Source: Lama guanicoe
Taxonomy: Eukaryota
DNA length: 64,000 bases
Reading direction: 5' to 3'
Assembly: GCA_013239625.1 (NCBI GenBank)
Contig: MU053432.1
Location: forward strand, 359,422-423,421
Shown piece after piece: positions 1 through 11,989 of the stretch. How positions within the stretch are numbered: position 1 is the first letter of the stretch; every line of letters begins with the position of its first letter. The notes under the pieces were generated by a model, which searched no databases, was not told the DNA's origin, and saw nothing but the letters and a program-made list of their open reading frames with translations. The position numbers and the translations under genes were made by a program.

Positions 1-536
1 ACCTGTAGGCTTTTTAAGAGGCCTTTGTTAGGTTGAGGAAGTTCCACTCTAATCCTAGTTTTTTTTAATGTTTTTAACCATGAATTTTATCAAATGCTTT
101 TTCTGCATCTATTGAGATGATTATATAGTTTTGTCCTTTATTCTATTAATGCAGTGTATCACATTGCTCGATTTTTGGATATTAAACCAACCTTGTATTC
201 CTAGGATAAATCCCACTTGTAGTGTGTAATTCTTTTTATACATTGCTGGATTTGGTTGGCTGGTATGTTGCTGAGAATTTTTACATCTATATTCATAAGG
301 GGTATTGGCCTGTAATTTTCTTTTCTTGTGATGTCTTTGTCTGGTTTAGTATCAGGGTAATACTGGCCTCATAGATGAGTTGCAAAGTTTTCCTTCATCT
401 TCTATTTTTTGGGAAGAATTTGTGAAAGATTAATGTTTTTTTTTAAAGGTTTGATAGAATTCTACAGTGAAACTATCTGGGCCTTGACTTTTTTGGTGGA
501 AAATTTTCTGATTGCTAATTCTGTATCTTTACTTGT

Positions 537-1045
537 TGTGCAAAAAAAAAGTTAATATAGCAACCCTTAGATTCCTTTCCTTAGAAATTCCTGCTTGCAA
601 GATGGACCCTTGGCTGGCATCTGGAAATTTGGATTTAGGGAGTGTTCCCCACCATTCCCTAAATAATGAGTGCCTAAACTGTGCAAAAATATGTGCTGAC
701 AACTGCTTTTCTTCTAGGAGTCTAGAATTTTGGTATGTACTAGTTACAGGGTGCCTACATGACCAGCCCTCCCAAAATGTTGGGCACTGAGTCTGTAATG
801 ACTTCTTCTGGGAGGCAGTATTTTACAGATGCTGTCACAATTCAGTGCTAGAGGAATTAAGTACATTCTGTGTGACTCATAGGTAGAGGACTCTTAGAAG
901 CTTGCACCTTGTTTCCTATGCTGATTTTCCCTTGTACCCTTTTGCTGTAATTAGTCATATTTACGAGTATGACTATATGTTGAGTCCTGCTATTCCTCTC
1001 AGTGAATCACTGAACCTGGGAGTGGTCGTGGGGACCCCTGACACA
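537..1045 (+). mobile_element. Solo ERV LTR (MER21-like) inserted into the L1
   Basis: L1 sequence breaks near 536 and resumes near 1046. The intervening ~510 bp has TG...CA ends and terminates in gaacctgggagtggtcgtggggacccctgacaca, a MER21-type 3' end. Family recognised from memory. Confidence 0.65.
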
Positions 1046-1376
1046 GAATTATCCAGACTTTCTATTTTCTTTTGAATCAGTCTCAGCAGTTTGTGCCTTT
1101 CTAGGAATATGTCCATTTCATCTAAGTTACCTAATTTGTTATCACATAATTGTTTATAATATTCCCTTATAATCTTTTTAATTTCTGTTAGGTGAGTAGT
1201 GATGCCCCTCTTTTATTTTGATTTTAGTAACTTGGGTATTTTCTCTTTTTGCTTTGATCAGTCTAGCTACAAGTTTGTTGATTTAATTGATCTTTTCAAA
1301 GAATCAGCTTTTGGTTCCACTGATTTTCTCTATTATCTTTCTATTCTATATTTCACTTCTTTCTAATCCAGTATTT

Positions 1377-1462
1377 ATTTTTTAATGGTGGTACTGGGGA
1401 TTGAACCCAGGACCTTGTGCATGCTAAACACACTCTACCACTGAGCTATACCCTCCCTCCTG
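1377..1462 (-). mobile_element. tRNA-derived SINE (camelid vic-1-like)
   Basis: Reverse complement reads gggagggtatagctcagtggtagag...gcatgcacaaggtcctgggttcaatccccagtacc (Pol III A/B boxes). TSD atccagtattt at 1366-1376 and 1463-1473. Confidence 0.85.
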
Positions 1463-2504
1463 ATCCAGTATTTTTTTTTCTTTCTTCTGTTTGCTTTAGG
1501 TTTAGTTTGGTCTTTTTCTAGCTTCTTAAGATGGAAGGTTAACTTATTGATTTGAGATCTTTCTTCTTTTTATTTTAATAGAGGCATTATCAGCTATAAA
1601 TTTCCCTCTGAGCACTGCTTTAGTTGTATTTCATAAGTTTTGGTATGTTGTGTTTTTACTTACCCTCATCTCAAATTATTTTCTTATTTTCCTGGTGATG
1701 CCTTCTTTGATCTCTTGATTATTTAGGAATTTATTATTTAATTTCCACATATTTATTAATTTCCCAAACATCCTTTCCTTCTTGATTTCTAATTTCATTC
1801 CACTATGGTCAGAGAAGATGCTTTGGAAGATTTTAATCTTTCTAAATGTATTGTAGCTTGTCTTATGGCCTATCACATGGTCTCTTCTGGAGACCGTCCA
1901 TGTTCACTTGGGAAGAATGTAATATAATCTGATGTTTTGGAGTTTGAAGTCTCTTTTACCGCCTCCCCTTTGTCTCCTTCACGGAAGCCGGTGTGAGAGT
2001 AGTGCAGAAGAGGATGTTGCTGCTGCTTTTTCTTGCCCGGCCTTCTGGAGTGAGAGAATAAGCAAATAGTGCCGAGTTCACCTAATTGATTCCTGATGCC
2101 CTTCCAGTTTCCAAGACCCTCAGATACGCTTGGCTTCTCCATAACTAGCTGTGATTTCTCTTCCTAGATGCTTATGACAGTGAAATGTGTTTCTTCCCAC
2201 AAGCGAAGCAAAGTGAGAGCTCTTGCTCTTCCCTACTCTGAGTGGTCCCCCCAGGAGCACTCCCACTTAGGAGCCAGTCAGAGCTTCTTTAATGGCTGAA
2301 TTTGGTCCCAAGCCATCATACTGATGACAACCCAAAGGAGTGCTGGTTTGGTGAGATTAGAGCTTCTACCTGCTATAATAAATTCCCACTTGCCTTTCTG
2401 GCAAGGCCTACACCAACATCATTAAAGTTGTCCTTTCTACTCCTGTTTCCCCGTATACCCGGAAGTAAGTTACCACATCCTCTTCCTTCTTTTTGAAATC
2501 TGTA

Positions 2505-2900
2505 AAGGATTCTTTTGGCTGCAGCTAACAGAAAACCATCCCAACCGTACATTGAGTAATTAAGAGTTTATGTTCCTCATGTAACAAAGACTGTGGGGAC
2601 AGACAGTTCTGGGGCTGGTGCAGTTGATCGCTGATCCGCCCCAGGACCCAGGCTGTTTGTATTTTCCCACTGCAGTATCCATAGCAAGTGTATTTCCTTC
2701 TTATGCCTGCGGCCACATGGTCACAAGGTGGCTGCAGCACCTTAAGACCAAGTCTTGAACTAGGGAGAAATGGTAGGGAGCAGAGCCAAGCTAGCATATT
2801 ACAAAGCTTTTCCAGAAGCCCCACCCAGCAACTTCCACTGATGTCTCATTATTTAAGCTTACATCACATATCACCCCAGGCCAACCACTGAAAGACTGAG
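2505..2900. mobile_element. Degenerate MaLR LTR (MLT1-like)
   Basis: ggattcttttggctgcagctaacagaaaacc...tttatgttcctcatgtaacaaaga resembles an MLT1 terminal segment. Boundaries approximate. Confidence 0.5.
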
Positions 2901-3784
2901 AAAAGGGTAGAAAAAAGGGAGAAATGTAGGGGAGAGAGGGAGCAGTGGCCAGTCAACCAGCAGTGTTAAAGTGGTAAGTGGTAAAGCCTTAAAAATCAGA
3001 AGTAAGGGCAGGGGTAGGGGAGGATGACTTTAGTCAGACTGAGCTTGAAGTATGACATGCCATTCAATTCTGTCCCTGTCACACCTGTTCTAGTAAGAGT
3101 CAACCCCTGCCTTCTAAAATCTAACCTCCCTGGCACCTTCTGTACCAAAGTCACTAGCCACAATGTAAATATAGACACCTTGCCACCTGCCTTCTGCTGA
3201 ATTCAGCATCCAACTCATGCTCCTTTCTTTAGAATTAGCAGAAGCATATTCTAAAGTACTTAGCTGTCATCTCCAGTCATTAAACACTGTTCAATTTGAG
3301 GACCCCAAAGGTTAGTCTTCTGAGACATCCCCATGCCACTGCCTTTTCTCAGCCTCAGATACCTGCTTTGTCATTTACCCATTTCCATCGAGTACATTTT
3401 CCTCTCTTCCTTCCAGAGCCTTCTGCCAACCTCTCTGTAAATCAGCCCAGAAATTTTAAAGCATTCTCTAAAAACCTTTCAACTCAGTCTCATCCTAGCC
3501 CTCTGACAGGTCCCACATCAGGAGTTACCTTTGAGAGACCACACCCCTTTCTGCGTACCTGTTCTCTAACAGAATCTTAGCTATTGTCTCAAAATCAATA
3601 GACTCAAACTCCAGGGAATCATAATTTTTCTGTGTGTCACATTCAAAGTTTCTTAGTAATCCCAGGATGTAGCAGTTGTGAATTTGTCCCAAAACCCTGA
3701 AGTACAAGAAATGTCACATTGCCATAGTCTCAGCCCCCAGGGAGTTGCCACAGTGGCAAGATCCTCTGTTCTCTACTTTGTCTT

Positions 3785-3889
3785 AGGAAAGTGACCAACT
3801 GCCCCCGTTCGCCCAGGACTGAGGGGTTTTGGAGGATGCAGGACTTTCAGTGCTTAAAGTGGGCAAATTGGAACCACTGGTCATCCTAA
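3785..3889. mobile_element. MER81-like hAT MITE
   Basis: gtgaccaac...gcccaggactgagggg...ggactttcagtgct...ggtcatccta, with imperfect terminal inverted repeats. Confidence 0.6.
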
Positions 3890-3929
3890 GTCTTGGACAA
3901 ACATTAGTTTACAAGCCTTCTGCTTATTA

Positions 3930-4055
3930 TATAGTATAAGCTCTAAGAGGGCAAGGAACATGTCTAATGAATTTCTTTATATTCATGCCTAGTGCTTGGG
4001 ACATAATAGGCATTCAATCAATTTTTAATAAACAATTTACAAACAAATGCATGAA
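3930..4055 (+). mobile_element. L2 3' end fragment
   Basis: taagctc...gggcaagga...gcctagtgcttgggacataataggcattcaat, typical of an L2 tail. Confidence 0.5.
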
Positions 4056-5526
4056 CCAGGATAAAAATAGAAGATTAAAATAATAATAATCCAAAGCCTG
4101 TGCCACATCAGAAGTTACCTGTGCCAACTGAAATGGAGGGAGCTGCAACTTCCTAATACCTCTTCCAGAGGCTTAAAGAGGCCACGTCCTCAGAGCAGGG
4201 GCAAATTCTCCCCACGCACACATACCCCAAGACTTCTCTATCATTTATTTCCGGTTTGATGTGTTTGAGAAGCATCAGGTAGCTCTCTCATACGTTTTGG
4301 ATCTGTTCTTCAGAAATCAGCGAATCTCCAGATATAAGCCACAATGTTAAGAAAGCATGAATTTCTGAAAGTATCTACCCCCTGCCTGGCTTACCAGACC
4401 TTCTCAGAGTTCTGTGCTGCCCAGAATGATGACACTGCTCTAATTAAAGTGTCCAAAATCTTCCCCACCACCGCCACCCCAGCATGTGCGCTCTGGGGTA
4501 TAATTCTGATGCCACAGCAGGTTTTTTCTGCTTCACGGTGTCGCTTTCCACTTGTCTTCCACAAGACACTGATACTTACTCTATCCCCTGAAGATTTCTT
4601 TCTCCTCTTTGCCTTTCCTCCTGTGTTATTTCTTCCAACTTTTCATGTAAGTCAGAGTGGGCAGAGCGAGTGTGCTTGCTTTCACCTTATGTAGCAAAGA
4701 CGCTGTTATGTACCAGCTGTAACTGATGACCACCTCAAGCAAAAGGTAACAATTTAAAGATCATTGTAACAGTTCTGACCGGATAGCTCCTGGAGTTTTG
4801 AGATGTTCCTTGAAAAACAACCACAGAAAATTGCCTCATTTCTATGCCTGGCTTAAAAGGGTGCAAAGTGTCACCCCTCTGTTCTGCAGTGCCCTTCACT
4901 CAGAGTTGCTCCCCCCCCCCGAATTCTAACCCCTTTTTTCCTTCATCCTGTGACTGGCTGAGTTGATCTCAAGGGCCCTGTCCGTATCCACCTCCCTGTT
5001 GTACCAAAGCTTTCCTCTCCCTTCTGTCTCCTCCTGTCTTCGCAAGTGACTTTGACCACCTTCTTCATAAGCCCTCTCTGGGCGTTCCAGGGACATTGAG
5101 CAATCAGCCCACTCTAACCCCAGCTGTGCAACACAACCAGCCTTCATCACCAGCAAAATAAGACCTGAATTTTCACAACACTCCACAAAAGTCTCTGTTA
5201 CAAGACTCTGCTTTTAAGAATTACAGTTCTTAAAACTCCATATTTACCATTGAGTAATGCCTTAGTGCCCTCTAGAGTGAACACCTGCTTCATTTCATCC
5301 CTGCATTGTTAACCCTTTTGTGTATATCCCTAACCTGGGAGTTAAGAGCTGGACCTTGGGGCACTGATGATTCAGAGACAAAGTCCCCCCGCCCCCCCAG
5401 GGCCAGGGGGAAATGGGCCAGCCCTTCCCACTGCCCCTAGAGGGACGCTGGGAGCCTTGACTGGGGCCGATCTTCACATGTGCCAGAGACCAAAGATGAA
5501 CCTGAGTTTACGTACGTCTGTTTCAG

Positions 5527-8139
5527 AAAAGAGAGTGGCTGCTGTTGGCCAAAGGGGAGCCCCCAAGCCGAGGCCACAGCCTGAGGGAGGCCGCCAGCAC
5601 CTTCTACGTGATCCTGCCGTCATGCTCTGCCACTCTGCTGGTGAGGGCGGTGGCCACCCGGGAGCTGCTGCTGCCCAGCTCTTTCCCCTTGCTGCCTGAG
5701 GACCTGCCTGCTGACAGCCTCAGGACTGTGGAGGCAAGTGGGCCCAGATCTCATGGCTTAGAGGGGGAGAGAAGAAACAGGAGTTTGAGAAACAGATGAG
5801 GGAGAGGAGTGAGCCAGTGAGGGAAAGCACAGGGGAGCAGAGAGAAAAGTGGTTCCCCAGGGGAAGAGGGGCAGAGAAGAAAGCAAGGGTAGGAACTGAG
5901 GCCAGATGGAGGGAGGCAAGTGTGTTCTCACGGGTCTTTCTCTGCAATACGTGTACGCATGTGAGTGTACCTTTGTTTGTGTGCATCTGTTTCTGTTTTG
6001 TAAAGAGGAAAAGGCAGCCAATGCAGGTGCCAAGAATAGGAAGGGCTTTAAAATGAGACTCCGATGTAAAGGAGGGAACAGCTCTGAAGGCCATTTTCTC
6101 CTCCTCTTTCATGTTGGATCTGGATTCTGGATTTCCTCTGCCAGACTCCCCAGGCTGAGGATGGGTCGAGGGGTGCTCTGGGCAGGAAGAACTGGAACCA
6201 GGTCGTTGCTTCTGGGCTGCTGGCTTACAGGCAGAGAGGACAGAGCCTGGGATTGTGCTGTTGGCTTGGCGGCCGCAGGGATGCAGAGAGAGGTGGGCAC
6301 GAGTAGCTATGGCTCACTCGGCGTCTCACTTCAGGGCCAGTGGTTCCTGGCACAGGATGTTGTGGCCGGAAAACCTGACAGCTCAGGAATGCTGTGCTCG
6401 CGTGTCCTCCAGTTACACTCACCTCACAGGCTGAGGACTCTGTGTACTTGCTCTGCAGATGTGAGCACCGGCACACCCTCCCTCACAGCCTTGCACACTG
6501 GATCCCTTGTAACCCTCACAGCACACTGGTCCCTCGTAGGATCCCGTGACACAGTTCCTGGGGCCAGAGTGTTCAGTGCTCCTAACCACCTGGAGTTGCT
6601 CCTGTTTCTTGTACCCTGCCTGACACTTACCGCACAAGCACTCAGACCTGGGGGCCAGAACACCCAGCAGGACACGCATCTGTTTTACAACCTTCAGTGA
6701 AGCCCTGGGTCATCACACCTCCCCTGGCTTCCCACACTCAGGGGTCTCCGCCGGGCATCTTGTTTTCTGTGACCTCAAGTTCCCCAGTGAGGCTCCTCCT
6801 CTCTCTTCCTCAGAGCATGCTGGACGACCTGGAGCTAGAACCCACCTACAACCCCTTGCAGGTTTGGAGCCACCTCTACCCACACCTGAGCAGCACGTTT
6901 GCCAAGCCTCAGGGCCAGCTCCACCCAAGCTGGGAGAGCCGGGGCCTGAGAAAGGTACTTCCCTCTCCCCTCTTTATGCCCAGAATCCCAGAGAGTCCTC
7001 CTCCCCTGTCTCCAAACCCTCCCTCCCCATCCCAGGGAGCATCGTCCCTGGATCTCCTCCTGCAGAGGGGAGAAGAATGAGGCCTGCAGGGAGGAGGAAA
7101 GAGCAGCGCTCTAACCTAGGCAAAGAAATTTATACCCCCACCTGGTAAAGGGGCTTCCTCTTGCTCGGATATTTACATATGGTAATGTTTAGGTATCTTA
7201 ATTGCAGTGTTTATGATATCTCATTAGTCATTCAACAGACCATCCATTGTTCCACTAAGCAAACTGGCTGCACTGGAACTAAAACCACAGGTCTCTGCTG
7301 AAAGAAAAGAGTGTAGGGAAGGTGGGGAAAGAAATGCCTGAGGAAAAGGAAATTAGCATTTGCTGAGCCCAATCATTTGCCAGGTTTTATGACACGTGCC
7401 CTCACATATATTTTTCTCATTTAATCCTCACAGCATCCCTGCAAGGTGAGTGTTATGATCATTTTACCGATGAGGAAAGGGAAGCTGGCCAAGGTTCATA
7501 GCTTGGAGATAGGGCTCTAGTGACAAGGGATGAAGAGAGAGAAATGGAAGGAGGAATTTATTTTCCTGAAATCCGTGTTCTAAAATGTTTGGGCTTCCTT
7601 CTGCACCCTTATTAATCTTTTCCTTGTTTCTCAGTAACAGAGCCTATAGAAAAACTCCCGCTTTGTCTTAGCTGAAGTTACAAGAGAAAAATGTCTCCAA
7701 ACTGCAGTCGATTTAGCAATGGGAATAGAGCTTACCACAAGTTAGCTGATGGGCAAGCAAAGAGAGGGGGACACTCAGCCTGGAGACAGGCACTGGAGAG
7801 GCTGGAGCCCAGGGGACTCCACTGCCCTGGGCCTTTAAGCTGTCACTCTGGGGATGGGACACATGAAGGAGTTAGGACAGGAGGTCTGGCAGGGAGGGGG
7901 ACGGGAGGTCAGAAACTCTGTCTGGTCCGCAGACAAAGCTCTGCTTGCTTTCTCAGCAGGCTGGGCAGTTGCAGATAAATCGAGTTCGAGCCAGAGTCAC
8001 CCCCCTGCCTATGACTCCAGCCCCTGGCAGAGCCCCCAAGATGCCAGCAGCCAGCAAAGCTTCCTCAGGAGTCTTCTTCCCGCCTTCCGCGGAGGAGGAG
8101 GAGGAAATGGAGGAGGAGGAATGTCCCTCAGGGCCCTAA
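5527..8139 (+). CDS. M1AP: Meiosis 1 associated protein, last four coding exons (gene begins upstream of the window)
   Basis: Exons 5527-5733 (KREWLLLAKGEPP...RTVE, GC donor), 6814-6954 (SMLDDLELEPTYNPL...LRK), 7434-7445 (HPCK microexon) and 7957/7960-8139 (GQLQINRVRARVTPLPMTP...TAA). All junctions are phase 0. Matches recalled M1AP C-terminus and synteny next to DOK1. ATTAAA at 8410-8415. Confidence 0.9.
7350..7505 (-). mobile_element. MIR SINE containing the M1AP microexon
   Basis: tctcatttaatcctcacagcatccctgcaaggtgagtg...cattttaccgatgaggaa...ccaaggttcatagct matches the antisense MIR core. Confidence 0.8.
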
Positions 8140-8829
8140 GCCACCAGCACTAGAGCCCAGCTGCTCTGCTCAACCACATCCATGCCAAGGCTCACATAAT
8201 GGCTTTCTGTGGCCAAACGTGCTTCTTACCCACCTGGGCCTGTGAGCTCCAGGTGACTGGGAAACAGAGCGTTCCCCTCCTCTGTCCTCAGTGCCGCCAC
8301 CACCCCGCTCCTCAGACCAGGAAGCTCCCCCACACCATGAGCTTTTTCTTTCTCCATGCAAGGATTCATTTTCTTTTGGATCATTTGATATCATTAACAA
8401 CAAACGAAGATTAAATACCCAGTAAGCCTCCACCATTGTTAGGAGCGTTCCCGGCCCGAATTTCTCCTTGTATTCTGTGTGAGCAGGTGGGTAAAGTCAG
8501 GTCACCTTTAGGAATCTGGAGCTCAGGAGACAAGAATAACGTTTTCAGAGCTCATGAAAAAGTAAGATTGAAAGCAAAGCTTCATTCCAAAGTCCATGCC
8601 CCTCCCAGTATACCCACCACGCTGCAGTTCCCTTCAGCCTCCAAACAAAAGGGGCTAGTCTTCAGTCCCTACAGGCCAAGTCTGTGTGTGTGGTCAGGTG
8701 CTGAGGGGAGTGGGGGACATCCTATAGCTGAGAACAGGGGAGAGGATGGTGTGAAAAAGACCTCTCCCCTTCCAAGCCCCCTCTGCTCACACCTGCCCAG
8801 TAGCGCTTCTCCATCCACAGAATAACTAT

Positions 8830-9040
8830 CACTTATTTATAAAAAGCATACTCTGCACTTCAAATTGCATTAAGTACTCGAGAAATTTAATTCCTCTCAT
8901 ACAAACAACCCTGTGAGGTAAAACCAGTAATTAAATGTTCCCATTTTACAGAGGGGCAGTGGGGGAAACTGAGGGTTACGGATGATACACCCAGGGTCGC
9001 AGAGACAGGGTGGGCCTGACTGGACCACCCAGGCTCTGAG
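8830..9040 (-). mobile_element. MIR SINE
   Basis: acaaccctgtgaggta...cccattttacagagg...gaaactgagg...cccagggtcgcag, MIR core. Confidence 0.7.
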
Positions 9041-9674
9041 AGATCACACTGCTTGGCTCCCCTCCCAAGGGGCCCTTTCTTTCTTCAATGGCCCCCAACG
9101 CATTCCTGGTTCTCCTCCTGATCCCCTCCACAGCCACTCAGCATATCCTGCCACTCTGTTCCCTCTGGGACTATTCACACACGTAGACCTCTTAAACCCA
9201 AACTGACTTTAATGAGAATAAAACTTTTTTAAAAATATATATCTGGCAAACAACAGTGCAGGGGGAAGGATCCAGTCACAGCCCAGTGTCTCCCTATAGC
9301 CTCTATTCAGGACCTTCAAACTGCACCTTTTCTGACCAAACACCTCTTTCCATAGGCTGGTCCAGCAGCTATCCCTTCCTTTGGCGGGGATGACTTAGGG
9401 GTGCTGGCCTCCCCCATATCTCATCACTGAGCCTCTGCCAACTGTTCGACTTCCGTAACTTCTTGGACAGATCATCCTTCCCTTGACTCCCCTTGTTTCC
9501 TGGTCTCACGCAGGCCCTTCTGGTTACTGCTGGTTCTAATAGGTTTCTTTGTCCCCCAGTGCCACCTCCCCATGGTCCTCCAATCAGCAACCCCAGCCTT
9601 GCCCCTATGTCTCATGTGGAGCCCTCGGACTTGACCCCAGTCCTGTCAGTCACTGCTCTAGAGAGCCCAGAGTC

Positions 9675-11988
9675 TCAGCTCCCTGAGGCCCCACTCTTCT
9701 GGACCTGGCTGTACAGGGCAGTGTCTGAGCTATCTTTGCTGCCATTGCCAGCTGCAGCACCAGATTCAGAGAAGGCCGGGCCCTGGGGCTTGGGGGCTAG
9801 GAAGGGCTTTGTGCTCCGAGGGGGTGGCACAGCATAGTCATCAGTGGCAGGGTTGTAGGGGAGCTCGTAGCCCTCCTCCTTCACCCGAGCCTGGCGCCAC
9901 CATGCATCCTTGGGCTCCTGAGGCAGATCATAAAGGCCCCTGAGAGCAGCTGAGGCCAGACCCTCAGGTTCATCATAGATGGGGTCTTCTTTGGGGTCTG
10001 TTAGCTTGGCTTTCAGCAACTGCTGCTGCACATGCTCATACAAGTCCCAGTAGAGCGGTTTCTTTAATTGTACCCCCTCCTGAGCAGCAGTGCTGTCCAG
10101 GGGGTCTGAGTACAGGGAATCCTGGGAAGGGCCCGGAGGAACACGCAGGGAGTCTAAGGGTTCAGCATACAGCACTGGAGGGCTGCCTGGGAGCTTCTGG
10201 GGGCCAGGGTGGGAAGCCACCTTCCCCTCTGCCACTTCTTCATGGGAATCGGTTCTGAGAACACCCTGCCCCTGGCCAGCCTTTCCTTGGGCCTTCTGCC
10301 GGTGGATAGCAGTCTCAACCGCCTGAAAGATGTCATTTCCCTGTGCTGTCTGGAAGGTGAAGGTTCCAGGGCCGGAGGGGCAGCGGCGGCCAGCCTCAAA
10401 AGAGAACATGACCTAAAGAGGGTGTGGAGGGAAACACATTACCAGGAGCCACCAGAGGTGAGCCACGGGGCCTCAACCAGTTAGGGGGATCTACAAAGAC
10501 AAGACCATCTGGGGAGGGAGGCTGGGGTCATGGGCTGGCAAGAAAGGGTTATCCAGAGGGCAGATCTTCCTACCTTCCTGTCCTGCCCAACCCATCCCAC
10601 AGCTGCCCAACCCAGGGAGCCTGCCCTCCTTGACAACACCGCACCTTGTCGCGGCCATAGCGTCGCAACAGAGTGTAGGGCCAGTAAAGGAGCGGCTCCA
10701 GTATCTGGCTCTGGGCCCCCACAGTCAGGAGAGTCAGCCTCTCAGCCTCCACTCTCAGCACAAAGGAGCCATGCAAGCCACAGCGCTCGGCGGCTTCAGT
10801 CCTCTGCACGGTCACCCAGAACTGGGATCCTGGAAGGAATACACCATCAGACTGGCACCTGGCCGGGTCTGGGGTGGGGAAAGGGAGCAGGTTGTCCGAG
10901 CACACGCTTGAAAGCCAGTGCTCAGGAACTTCCTACTTCCCCTTGTAGCTATCACCGCCTTCCCGAGGACACCCTTCCCCACCCCCCTCCCTGCTGGGGC
11001 TTCTCAGGCATCTACCTTCCCACGTGGGGCTATACAGCGAGTTCTCCAGCATCTCCAGGGCGGAAAGATTGGGTGGGTTCTCGGCGGGCGCCAGAGCCCA
11101 GCTGCCTTTCTGGTGTCAAGAGACAGAGTACGGAGGAGACTGTCATTCCCTCAACGCTGTTCCCGGGGTCTGAGCCATCCCAGTTCCTCTCCCGCTGTAA
11201 CAGCTCCCACCCGACACATCTCCTCTTGGGCCCAGTGCGGCACGCCCCCAGCCCCTCGCCGGCAGTCCCGGTCCCCCTCACCGGAAAGGCGTTTCTGCAC
11301 AGCGTCTGCACCCAGGCGGCGCTGGACGGCGCGTCGGCCGCCAGCAGGTGGGAGCGCTGGGCGGTGTCCAGGCGGAAGGCTGCGGCGCCAGGCTCCGGGG
11401 GACTCTCCACCGACACGGGGGCCACGCTCACGCACTCCGCCAGGCGGATCACCTTACAATCCAGGCGGCGCGAGCCCCCTCGACCCCCTCCGGAGCTCGA
11501 CCCCTTGTGGTCAAAGAACTCCAGCCGCGCGACGCCGTGGGGGCTGGCCGGGTAGAGCACCGCCCAGGTCTTCCTCCACCGCTGGGGAGAGAGAGCGAAG
11601 AGACTCGGGAGGGAGCGGGCAACCACCGGCGGCCCGGGCCCCGACGGGGAAGGAGAGACCGGCGCGGCCGATTTCAGGTTGAGGCCTCCCGACAGCGGGC
11701 GAAGTTTCCCAAGGCGGATGCCGCTCAGCTCCCCTGGACCAGAAAGGGAGCACCCGGAGGCCGGCAGACGCTTCTCCGGAGTGTGAGCAAACGACCTCAG
11801 CGGGAACGTCACGGGGCGCTCCAGCCCTGGGCGACGCGCTCCAACCCGCTGCCCGCCCCCTCCCTCCTTCTGGGCTCTACCGCCCACCCGTAGCTCTGAT
11901 GGGGTTCGGCAACCCCTGCCCAGACTACCTTAGTACCGAAACGGTGACTCTGTAAGAAGAGCGGCCCTTCCATCACGGCCCCGTCCAT
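9675..11988 (-). CDS. DOK1: Docking protein 1 (p62dok; PH + PTB adaptor), 458 aa as read because of an early stop
   Basis: Exons 11988-11929 (MDGAVMEGPLFLQSHRFGTK), 11581-11282, 11109-11016, 10829-10645 and 10412-9675. GT-AG junctions in phase. YAEP, YSDP, YDEP, YAVP and YSQV tyrosine motifs. Minus-strand ATTAAA at 9208-9213. Confidence 0.97.
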
Positions 11989-11989
11989 G

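Larger units (their letters stand above)
1..1945 (-). mobile_element. Ancient LINE-1 (L1M) fragment, ORF2 5'/endonuclease region, interrupted by an LTR and a SINE
   Basis: T-rich antisense L1 sequence. Minus ORF 1676-1876 contains GHKTSYNTFRKIKIFQSIFSDHSGMKLEI, the L1 ORF2 endonuclease C-terminal SDH motif. Boundaries approximate. Confidence 0.9.

Noticed and set aside
5906..6700. 264-aa plus-strand ORF
   Set aside because: Lies wholly within an M1AP intron, has no recognisable domain and is not bounded by a consistent exon structure.
10530..11682. Long plus-strand ORFs (341 and 254 aa)
   Set aside because: Antisense shadows of GC-rich DOK1 exons and introns, Pro/Ser/Arg-rich with no domain.
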